Made by a program: the position numbers and the translations under genes. A stretch of DNA of 64,000 nt from Nitrospirales bacterium. Lineage in GTDB: Bacteria; Nitrospirota; Nitrospiria; Nitrospirales; UBA8639. The stretch lies in NCBI GenBank assembly GCA_965203295.1, contig CBDBCZ010000015.1:960001-1024000 (forward strand). The letters are read 5' to 3'. The notes under the pieces are model-generated. The model searched no databases. It was not told where the DNA came from and worked only from the letters and a program-made list of their open reading frames with translations. Every line of letters begins with the position of its first letter. Within the stretch, counting starts at the first letter, position 1. Below are positions 52,473-64,000 of the stretch, piece by piece.

Positions 52473-55400
52473 TTAAGAAGTGTCGATGTTCAAGAAAGGA
52501 ACTGGTTATTCAAAGGCTTGTTTAGTTTGGTTGATGTTTGTCTGAAGATTAGGAAAGAAGGATTTTATTGAAAATTGTTAGTTTTGTTGGTCTCAGGTAA
52601 AGACTTTCAGCCAAAGTAACTAGCTACCATTCATCTGACCCTTCCTAACTGTTTAGGAAAAGAACTGGTTATTCAAAGGCTTGTTTAGTTTGAATGATGT
52701 TAGTCTGAAGATTAGGAAAGAAGGATTTTATTGAAAATTGTTAGTTTTGTTGGTCTCTAGCTAAGACTTTAAGCCAAAGTAACTAGCTACCATTTATCTG
52801 ACCCTTCCTAACTGTTTAGAAAAAGAACTGGTTATTCAAAGGCCTGTTTAGTTTCGTTGATTTTAGCCTGAAGATTAAGAAAGAAGGATTTTATTGATAA
52901 TTGTTAGTTTTGTTGGTCTCTTGCAAAGACTTTAAGCCAAAGTAACTGGCTACCATTGATCTGATCCTTCCCAACTATTTAGAAAAAGAGCTGGTTATTC
53001 AAAGGCTTGTTTTGTTTGCTTGTTTTGTTTGAATGATATTAGTCAGATACAATACATGCTTAGGAAGTATCAATGTTCAAGAAAGGAACTGGTTATTCAA
53101 AGGCTTGTTTAGTTTGGTTGATGTTAGTCTGAAGATTAGGAAAGAAGGATTTTATTGAAAATTGTTAGTTTTTTTGGTCTCTTGCAAAGACTTTAAGCCA
53201 AAGTAACTGGCTACCATTGATCTGACCCTTCCCAACTATTTAGAAAAAGAAATGGTTATTCAAAGGCTTGATTAGTTTTAATGATGTTAGTCGGATACAA
53301 TACATGTTTAGGAAGTGTCGATGTTCAAGAAAGGAACTGGTTGTTCAAAGGCTTGTTTAGTTTGGGTGATGTTAGTCTTAAGGTCAGGAAAGAAGGATTT
53401 TATTGAAAATTGTTAGTTTTGTTGGTCTCAGGCAAAGACTTTCAGCAAAAGTAACTAGCTACCATTGATCTGACCCTTCCTAACTGATTAGGAAAAGAAC
53501 TGGTTATTCAAAGAAGGCTTGTTTAGTTTGAATGATGTTAGTCTGAAGATTAGGAAAGAAGGATTTTATTGAAAATTGTTAGTTTTGTTGGTCTTTAGCA
53601 AAGACTTTAAGCCAAAGTAACTAGCTACCATTTATCTGACCCTTTCCAACTGTTTAGAAAAAGAACTGGTTATTCAAAGGCCTATTTAGTTTTTTTGATG
53701 TTAGCCTGAAGATTAGGAAAGAAGGATTTTATTGGAAATTTTTAGTTTTGTTGGTCTCTAGCAAAGACTTTAAGCCAAAGTTACTAGCTACCATTTATCT
53801 GACCCTTCCGAACTATTTAGAAAATGGGCTGGTTATTTAAAGGTTTGTTTTGTTTGAATGATATTAGTCAGATTCAATACATGCTTAGGAAGTATCAATG
53901 TTCAAGAAAGGAACTGATTATTCAAAGGCTTGTTTAGTTTGGTTGATGTTAGTTTGCAGATTAGGAAAGAAGGATTTTATTTAAAATTGTTAGTTTTTTT
54001 GTCTCTAGCAAAGACTTTAAGCCAAAGTAACTTGCTACCATTTATCTGACCCTTCTCAACTGTTTAGAAAAAGAGCTGGTTATTCAAAGGCCTGTTTAGT
54101 TTGTTTGATGTTAGCCTGAAGATTAGGAAAGAAGGATTTTATTTAAAATTGTTAGTTTTGTTGGTCTCTAGCAAAGACTTTAAGCCAAAGTTACTAGCTA
54201 CCATTGATCTGACCCTTCCGAACTATTTAGAAAAAGAGCTGGTTATTCAAAGGCTTGTTTTGTTTGAATGATATTAGTCAGATACAATACATGCTTAGGA
54301 AGTATCAATGTTCAAGAAAGGAACTGGTTTTTCAAAGGCTTGTTTAGTTTGCTTGATGTTAGTCTCCAGATTAGGAAAAAAGTATTTTATAGAAAATCAT
54401 TAGTTTTGTTGGTCTCTAGGAAATACTTTGAGCCAAAGTAACTAGCTACCATTGATCTGACCATTCCCAACTGTTTAGGAAAAGAACTGGTTATTCAAAG
54501 GCTTGTTTAGTTTGAATGATGGTAGTCAGATACAATACCTGCTCAAAAAGTATCGATGTTCAAGAAAGGAACTGGTTATTCAAAGGCTTGTTTAGTTTGC
54601 TTGATGTTAGTCTGCAGATCAGGAAAGAAGTATTTTATTGAAAATTGTTAGTTTTGTTGGTCTCTAGCAAAGACTTTAAGCCAAAGTAACTAGTTACCAT
54701 TTATCTGACCCTTCCCAACTGTTTAGAAAAAGAACTGGTTATTCAAAGGCCTGTTTAGTTTGAATGATGTTAGTCAGATACAATACACGCTTAGGAAGTA
54801 TCAATGTTCAAGAAAGGAACTGGTTATTCAAAGGCTTGTTTAGTTTGGTTGATGTTAGTCTGAAGATTAGGAAAGAAGTATTTTATTTAAAATTGTTAGT
54901 TTTTTTGTCTCTAGCAAGCACTTTAAGCCAAAGTCACTAGCTACCATTTATCTGACCCTTCCTAACTTTTTAGAAAAAGAACTGGTTATTCAAAGGCTTG
55001 TTTTGGTTGAATGATATTAGTCGGATACAATACATGCTTAGGAAGTATCAATGTTCAAGAAAGGAACTGGTTATTCAAAGGCTTGTTTAGTTTGGTTGAT
55101 GTTAGTCTGAAGATTAGGAAAGAAGGATTTTATTGAAAATTGTTAGTTTTGTTGGTCTCTAGCAAAGACTTTAAGCCAAAGTAACTAGCTACCATTGATC
55201 TGACCCTTCCCAACTGTTTAGGAAAAGAACTGGTTATTCAAAGGCTTGTTTAGTTTGAATGAAGTTAGTCTGAAGATTAGGAAAGAAGGATTTTATTTAA
55301 AATTGTTAGTTTTGTTGGTCTCTAGCAAAGACTTTAAGCCAAAGTAACTAGCTACCATTTATCTGACCCTTCCTAACTGTTATGAAAAAGTACTGGTTAT

Positions 55401-58400
55401 TCAAAGGCTTGTTTAGTTTTGTTGATGTTTGCCTGAAGATAAGGAAAGAAGGATTTTATTGAAATTTTTAATTTTGTTGGTCTCAGGCAAAGACTTTAAG
55501 CCAAAGTTACTAGCTACCATTGATCTGACCCTTCCGAACTATTTAGAAAATGAGCTGATTATTCAAAGGCTTGTTTTGTTTGCATGATATAAATCAGATA
55601 CAATACATGCTTAGGAAGTATCAAGATTCAAGAAAGGAACTGGTTATTCAAAGGATTGTTTAGTTTGGTTGATGTTAGTCTGAAGATTAGGAAAGAAGGA
55701 TTTTATTTAAAATTGTTAGTTTTGTTTGTCTCAGGCAAAGACTTTCAGCCAAAGTAACTGGCTACCATTGATCTGACCCTTCCCAACTGTTTAGGAAAAG
55801 AACTGGTTATTCAAAGGCTTGATTAGTTTTAATGATGTTAGTCGGATACAATACATGTTTAGGAAGTGTCGATGTTCAAAAAAGGAACTGGTTATTCAAA
55901 GGCTTGTTTAGTTTGGTTGATGTTAGTCTGAAGATTAGGAAAGAAGGATTTTATTGAAAATTGTTAGTTTTGTTTGTCTCAGGCAAAGACTTTCAGCAAA
56001 AGTAACTAGCTACCATTGATCTGCTGACCCTTCCTAACTGTTTAGGAAAAGAACTGGTTATTCAAAGGTTTGTTTAGTTAGGAAAGAAGGATTTTATTGA
56101 AGATTGTTAGTTTTGTTGGTCTCTAGCAAAGACTTTAAGCCAAAGTAACTAGCTACCATTTATCTGACCTTTTTCAACTTTTTAGAAAAAGAACTAGTTA
56201 TTCAAAGGGCTGTTTTGTTTTGTTGATGTTAGCCTGAAGATTAGGATAGAAGGATTTTATTGAAAATTGTTAGTTTTGTTGGTCTCTTGCAATGACTTTA
56301 ATTAAGCCAAAGTTACTAGCTACCATTGATCTGACCTTTCCGGACTATTTAGAAAAAGTGCTGTTTATTCAAAGGCTTGTTTTGTTTGAATGATATTAGT
56401 CAGATACAGTACATGCTTAGGAAGTATCAATGTTCAAGAAAGGAACTGGTTATTCAAAAGCTTGTTTAGTTTGAATGATGTTAGTCTGAAGATTAGGAAA
56501 GAAGGATTTTATTTAAAATTGTTAGTTTTGTTGGTCTCTAGCTAAGACTTTAAGCCAAAGTAACTAGCTACCATTTATCTGACCCTTCCCAACTGTTTAG
56601 AAAAAGAACTGGTTATTCAAAGGCCTGTTTAGTTTCGTTGATTTTAGCCTGAAGATTAAGAAAGAAGGATTTTATTGATAATTGTTAGTTTTGTTGGTCT
56701 CTTGCAAAGACTTTAAGCCAAAGTAACTGGCTACCATTGATCTGATCCTTCCCAACTATTTAGAAAAAGAGCTGGTTATTCAAAGGCTTGTTTTGTTTGC
56801 TTGTTTTGTTTGAATGATATTAGTCAGATACAATACATGCTTAGGAAGTATCAATGTTCAAGAAAGGAACTGGTTATTCAAAGGCTTGTTTAGTTTGGTT
56901 GATGTTAGTCTGAAGATTAGGAAAGAAGGATTTTATTTAAAATTGTTAGTTTTGTTGGTCTCAGGCAAAGACTTTCAGCAAAAGTAACTAGCTACCATTG
57001 ATCTGACCCTTCCTAACTGTTTAGGAAAAGAACTGGTTATTCAAAGAAGGCTTGTTTAGTTTGAATGATGTTAGTCTGAAAATTAGGAAAGAAGGATTTT
57101 ATTGAAAATTGTTAGTTTTGTTGGTCTCTAGCAAAGACTTTAAGCCAAAGTAACTAGCTACCATTTATCTGACCCTTTCCAACTGTTTAGAAAAAGAACT
57201 GGTTATTCAAAGGCCTATTTAGTTTTTTTGATGTTAGCCTGAAGATTAGGAAAGAAGGATTTTATTGGAAATTTTTAGTTTTGTTGGTCTCTAGCAAAGA
57301 CTTTAAGCCAAAGTTACTAGCTACCATTTATCTGACCCTTCCGAACTATTTAGAAAATGAGCTGGTTATTTGAAGGTTTGTTTTGTTTGAATGATATTAG
57401 TCAGATTCAATACATGCTTAGGAAGTATCAATGTTCAAGAAAGGAACTGATTATTCAAAGGCTTATTTATTTTGGTTGATGTTAGTTTGCAGATTAGGAA
57501 AGTAGGATTTTATTTAAAATTGTTAGTTTTTTTGTCTCAAGCAAAGACTTTAAGCCAAAGTAACTTGCTACCATTTATCTGACCCTTCTCAACTGTTTAG
57601 AAAAGGAGCTGGTTATTCAAAGGCCTGTTTAGTTTTGTTGATGTTAGCCTGAAGATTAGGAAAGAAGGATTTTATTTAAAATTGTTAGTTTTGTTGGTCT
57701 CTAGCAAAGACTTTAAGCCAAAGTTACTAGCTACCATTGATCTGACCCTTCCGAACTATTTAGAAAAAGAGCTGGTTATTCAAAGGCTTGTTTTGTTTGA
57801 ATGATATTAGTCAGATACAATACATGCTTAGGAAGTATCAATGTTCAAGAAAGGAACTGGTTTTTCAAAGGCTTGTTTAGTTTGCTTGATGTTAGTCTGC
57901 AGATTAGGAAAAAAGTATTTTATATAAAATCGTTAGTTTTGTTGGTCTCTAGCAAAGACTTTAAGCCAAAGTAACTAGCTACCATTTATCTGACCCTTCC
58001 CAACTGTTTAGAAAAAGAACTGGTTATTCAAAGGCCTGTTTAGTTTGAATGATGTTAGTCAGATACAATACACGCTTAGGAAGTATCAATGTTCAAGAAA
58101 GGAACTGGTTATTCAAAGGCTTGTTTAGTTTGGTTGATGTTAGTCTGAAGATTAGGAAAGAAGTGTTTTATTTAAAATTGTTAGTTTTTTTGTCTCTAGC
58201 AAAGACTTTAAGCCAAAGTCACTAGCTACCATTTATCTGACCCTTCCTAACTTTTTAGAAAAAGAACTGGTTATTCAAAGGCTTGTTTTTGTTGAATGAT
58301 ATTAGTCGGATACAATACATGCTTAGGAAGTATCAATGTTCAAGAAAGGAACTGGTTATTCAAAGGCTTGTTTAGTTTGGTTGATGTTAGTCAGAAGATT

Positions 58401-61400
58401 AGGAAAGAAGGATTTTATTGAAAATTGTTAGTTTTGTTGGTCTGTAACCAGCTACCATTGATCTGACCCTTCCCAACTGTTTAGGAAAAGAACTGGTTAT
58501 TCAAAGGCTTGTTTAGTTTGAATGAAGTTAGTCTGAAGATTAGGAAAGAAAGATTTTATTTAAAATTGTTAGTTTTGTTGGTCTCTAGCAAAGACTTTAA
58601 GCCAAAGTAACTAGCTACCATTTATCTGACCCTTCCTAACTGTTATGAAAAAGTACTGGTTATTCAAAGCCTTGTTTAGTTTTATTGATGTTAGCCTGAA
58701 GATAAGGAAAGAAGGATTTTATTGAAATTTTTAATTTTGTTGGTCTCTAGCAAAGACTTTAAGCCAAAGTTACTATCTACCATTGATCTGACCCTTCCGA
58801 ACTATTTAGAAAATGAGCTGATTATTCAAAGGCTTGTTTTGTTTGAATGATATTTGTCAGATACAATACATGCCTAGGAAGTATCAAGATTCAAGAAAGG
58901 AACTGGTTATTCAAAGGCTTGTTTAGTTTGGTTGATGTTAGTCTGAAGATAAGGAAAGAAGGATTTTATTTAAAATTGTTAGTTTTGTTTGTCTCAGGCA
59001 AAGACTTTCAGCCAAAGTAACTGGCTACCATTGATCTGACCCTTCCCAACTGTTTAGGAAAAGAACTGGTTATTCAAAGGCTTGATTAGTTTTAATGATG
59101 TTAGTCTGATACAATACATGTTTAGGAAGTGTCGATGTTCAAAAAAGGAACTGGTTATTCAAAGGCTTGTTTAGTTTGGTTGATGTTAGTCTGAAGATTA
59201 GGAAAGAAGGATTTTATTGAAAATTGTTAGTTTTGTTGGTCTCAGGCAAAGACTTTCAGCAAAAGTAACTAGCTACCATTGATCTGCTGACCCTTCCTAA
59301 CTTTTTAGGAAAAGAACTGGTTATTCAAAGGGCTGTTTTGTTTTGTTGATGTTAGCCTGAAGATTAGGAAAGAAGGATTTTATTGAAAATTGTTAGTTTT
59401 GTTGGTCTCTTGCAATGACTTTAATTAAGCCAAAGTTACTAGCTACCATTGATCTGACCTTTCCGAACTATTTAGAAAAAGTGCTGGTTATTCAAAGGCT
59501 TGTTTTGTTTGAATGATATTAGTCAGATACAGTACATGCTTAGGAAGTATCAATGTTCAAGAAAGGAACTGGTTATTCAAAAGCTTGTTTAGTTTGGTTG
59601 ATTTTAGTCTGAAGATTAGGAAAGAAGGATTTTATTGAAAATTGTTAGTTTTGTTGGTCTCTAGCAAAGACTTTAAGCCAAAGTAACTTGCTACCATTGA
59701 TCTGACCCTTCCCAACTGTTTAGAAAAAGAGCTGGTTATTCAAAGGCCTGTTTAGTTTTGTTGATGTTAGTCTTAAGATTAGGAAAGAAGGATTTTATTG
59801 AAAATTGTTAGTTTTGTTGGTCTCTAGCAAAGACTTTAAGCCAAAGTAACTAGCTACCATTGATCTGACCCTTCCCAACTGTTTAGGAAAAGAACTGGTT
59901 ATTCAGAGGCTTGTTTAGTTTGAATGATGTTAGTCTGAAGATTAGGAAAGAAGGATTTTATTGAAAATTGTTAGTTTTGTTGGTCTCTAGCAAAGACTTT
60001 AAGCCAAAGTAACTAGCTACCATTTATCTGACCTTACTAACTGTTTAGAAAAAGAACTAGTTATTCAAAGGCCTGTTTAGTTTGGTTGATGTTAGCCTGA
60101 AGATAAGGAAAGAAGGATTTTATTGAAAATTGTTAGTTTTGTTGGTCTCTAGCAAAGACTTTAAGCCAAAGTTACTAGCTACCATTGATCTGACCCTTCC
60201 GAACTATTTAGAAAATGAGCTGGTTATTCAAAGGCTTGTTTTGTTTGATTGATATTAGTCAGATACAGTACATGCTTAGGAAGTATCAATAAGAAAGGAA
60301 CTGGTTATTCAAAGGCTTGTTTAGTTTGGTTGATGTTAGTCTGAAGATTAGGAAAGAAGGATTTTATTTAAATTTGTTAGTTTTGTTTGTCTCAGGCAAA
60401 GACTTTCAGCCAAAGTAACTGGCTACTATTGATCTGACCCTTCCCAACTGTTTAGGAAAAGAACTGGTTATTCAGAGGCTTGTTTAGTTTGAATGATGTT
60501 AGTCTGAAGATTAGGAAAGAAGGATTTTATTGAAAATTGTTAGTTTTGTTGGTCTCTAGCAAAGACTTTAAGCCAAAGTAACTTGCTACCATTTATCTGA
60601 CCTTACTAACTGTTTAGAAAAAGAACTAGTTATTCAAAGGCCTGTTTAGTTTGGTTGATGTTAGCCTGAAGATAAGGAAAGAAGGATTTTATTGAAAATT
60701 ATTAGTTTTGTTGGTCTCTAGCAAAGACTTTAAGCCAAAGTTACTAGCTACCATTGATCTGACCCTTCCGAACTATTTAGAAAATGAGCTGGTTATTCAA
60801 AGGCTTGTTTTGTTTGAATGATATTAGTCAGATACAGTACATGCTTAGGAAGTATCAATATTCAAGAAAGGAACTGGTTATTCAAAGGCTTGTTTAGTTT
60901 GGTTGATGTTAGTCTAAAGATTAGGAAAGAAGGATTTTATTTAAAATTGTTAGTTTTGTTTGTCTCAGGCAAAGACTTTCAGCCAAAGTAACTGGCTACT
61001 ATTGATCTGACCCTTCCCAACTGTTTAGGAAAACAACTGGTTATTCAAAGGCTTGTTTAGTTCGAATGATGTTAGTCTGAAGATTAGGAAAGAAGGATTT
61101 TATAGAAAATCGTTAGTTTTGTTGGTCTCTAGCAGAGACTTTGTTTGAGCCAAAGTAACTAGCTACCATTGATCTGACCCTTCCCAACTGTTTAGGAAAA
61201 GAACTGGTTATTCAAAGGCTTGATTAGTTTCAATGATGTTAGTCGGATAAAATACATGTTTAGGAAGTGTCGATGTTCAAGAAAGGAACTGATTATTCAA
61301 AGGCTTGTTTAGTTTGGTTGATGTTAGTCTTAAGATTAGGAAAGAAGGATTTTATTGAAAATTGTTAGTTTTGTTGGTCTCAGGCAAAGACTTTCAGCCA

Positions 61401-64000
61401 AAGTAACTAGCTACCATTGATCTGACCCTTCCTAACTGTTTAGGAAAAGAACTGGTTATTCAAAGAAGGCTTGTTTAGTTTAAATGAAGTTAGTCTGAAG
61501 ATTAGGAAAGAAGGATTTTATTGAAAATTGTTAGTTTTGTTGGTCTCTAGCAAAGACTTTAAGCCAAAGTAACTTGCTACCATTTATCTGACCCTTCCCA
61601 ACTGTTTAGAAAAAGAACTGGTTATTCAAAGGCCTTTTTAGTTTCGTTGATTTTAGCCTGAAGATTAAGAAAGAAGGATTTTATTGATAATTGTTAGTTT
61701 TGTTGGACTCTTGCAAAGACTTTAACCCAAAGTAACTGGCTACCATTGATCTGATTCTTCCCAACTATTTAGAAAAAGGGCTGGTTTTTCAAAGGCTTGT
61801 TTTGTTTGAATGATATTAGTCAGATACAATACATGCTAATGAAGTATCAATGTTCAAGAAAGGAACTGGTTATTCAAAGGCTTGTTTAGTTTGGTTGATG
61901 TTAGTCGGAAGATTAGAAAAGAAGTATTTTATTGAAAATTGTTAGTTTTTTTGGTCTCATGCAAATACTTTCAGCCAAAGTAACTGGCTACCATTGATCT
62001 GACCTTTCCCAACTGTTTAGGAAAAGAACTTATTATTCAAAGGCTTGTTTAGTTTGAATGATGTTAGTCAGATACAATACATGCTTAGGAAGTATCGATG
62101 TTCAAGAAAGGAACTGGTTATTCAAATGCTTATTTAGTTTGCTTGATGTTAGTCTGCAGATTAGGAAAGAAGTATTTTATAGAAAATCTTTAGTTTTGTT
62201 GGTCTCTAGCAAAGACTTTGAGCCAAAGTAACTAGCTACCATTGATCGGACCCTTCCCTACTGTTTAGGAAAAGAACTGGTTATTCAAAGGCTTGATTAG
62301 TTTTAAAGATGTTAGTCGGATACAATACATGTTTAGGAAGTGTCGATGTTCAAGAAAGGAACTGGTTATTCAAAGGCTTGTTTAGTTTGGTTGATGTTAG
62401 TCTTAAAATTAGGAAAGACGGATTTTATTGAAAATTGTTAGTTCAACGGCTTGTTTAGTTTTGTTGATGTTAGTCTGAAGATTAGGAAAGAAGGATTTTA
62501 TTGAAAATTGTTAGTTTTGTTGGTCTCAGGCAAAGACTTTCACCAAAAGTAACTAGCTACCATTGAACTGACCCTTCCCAACTGTTTAGAAAAAGAACTG
62601 GTTATTCAAAGGCCTGTTTAGTTTTTTTTTATGTTAGCCTGAAGATTAGGAAAGAAGGATTTTATTGAAAATTGTTAGTTTTGTTTGTCTCAGGCAAATA
62701 CTTTCAGCCAAAGTAACTGGCTACCATTGATCTGACCCTTCCCAACTGTTTAGGAAAAGAACTTGTTATTCAAAGGCTTGTTTAGTTTGAATTATGTTAG
62801 TCAGATACAATACATGCTTAGGAAGTATCGATGTTCAAGAAAGGAACTGGTTATTCAAATGCTTATTTAGTTTACTTGATGTTAGTCTGCAGATTAGGAA
62901 AGAAGTATTTTATAGAAAATCGTTAGTTTTGTTGGTCTCTAGCAAAGACTTTGAGCCAAAGTAACTAGCTACCATTGATCTGACCCTTCCCAACTGTTTA
63001 GGAAAAGAACTGGTTATTCAAAGGCTTGATTAGTTTTAATGATGTTAGTCGGATACAATACATGTTTAGGAAGTGTCGATGTTCAAGAAAGGAACTGGTT
63101 ATTCAAAGGCTTGTTTAGTTTGGTTGATGTTAGTTTGCAGATTAAGAAAGAAGGATTTTATTTAAAATTGTTAGTTTTGTTGGTCTCAGGCAAAGACTTT
63201 CAGCCAAAATAACTAGCTACCATTGATCTGACCCTTCCCAACTGTTTAGGAAAAGAATTTGTTATTCAAAGGCTTGTTTAGTTTTAATGATGTTAGTCAG
63301 ATACAATACATGCTTAGGAAGTATCGATCTTCAAGAAAGGAACTGGTTATTCAAAGGCTTGTTTAGTTTACTTGATGTTAGTCTGCAGATTAGGAAAGAA
63401 GTATTTTATAGAAAATCGTTAGTTTTGTTGGTCTTTAGCAAAGACTTTAAGCCAAAGTAACTAGCTACCATTGATCTGACCCTTCCTAACTGTTTAGGAA
63501 AAGAACTGGTTATCCAATTTAGTTTGAATGATGTTAGTCTGAAGATTAGGAAAGAAGGATTTTATTGAAAATTGTTAGTTTTGTTGGTCTCAGTCAAAGA
63601 CTTTCAGCCAAAGTAACTGGCTACCATTGATCTGACCCTTCCCAACTGTTTAGGAAAAGAACTGGTTATTCAAAGGCTTGATTAGTTTTATTGATGTTAG
63701 TCGGATACAATACATGTTTAGGAAGTGTCGATGTTCAAGAAAGGAACTGGTTATTCAAAGGCTTGTTTAGTTTTGTTGATGTTAGTCTGAAGATTAGGAA
63801 AGAAGGATTTTATTGAAAATTGTTAGTTTTGTTGGTCTCAGGCAAAGACTTTCACCAAAAGTAACTAGCTACCATTGAACTGACCCTTCCCAACTGTTTA
63901 GAAAAAGAACTGGTTATTCAAAGGCCTGTTTAGTTTTTTTTTATGTTAGCCTTAAGATTAGGAAAGAAGGATTTTATTGAAAATTGTTAGTTTCGTTTGT

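Larger units (their letters stand above)
22663..64000 (+). repeat. Composite satellite array, right arm (same family and orientation; higher-order duplications; two MITE insertions)
   Basis: Same A/B monomers continuously from CTTTCAGCCAAAG at 22663 to the window end, interrupted only at 48805-49384 and 51872-52472. Confidence 0.98.

Overview
Eukaryotic (metazoan; demosponge-like by repeat style, which is inference only) heterochromatic DNA, not prokaryotic. About 47 kb (1-5704 and 22663-64000) is a single-orientation composite satellite. It is built from a 163-bp monomer (A) and an 85-bp monomer (B) that share a ~45-bp core, plus rarer ~177-186-bp (C) and truncated 85-bp variants, arranged in kb-scale higher-order duplications. 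Two intact MITEs sit inside the array: a TA-TSD Tc1/mariner-pogo type (48805-49384) and a TTAA-TSD piggyBac type (51872-52472). A ~17-kb non-satellite island (5705-22662) holds four partial, intron-containing, disabled copies of TRAPPC13 in permuted exon order. It also holds BEL/Pao, LINE and Penelope remnants, two tRNA-like elements beside (CA)n tracts, a Helentron-like element, and a family of very small TAG...CTA hairpin insertions with 9-bp target duplications (one is only 21 bp). No intact protein-coding gene is evident, and most ORF-track entries are artefacts of repeats.
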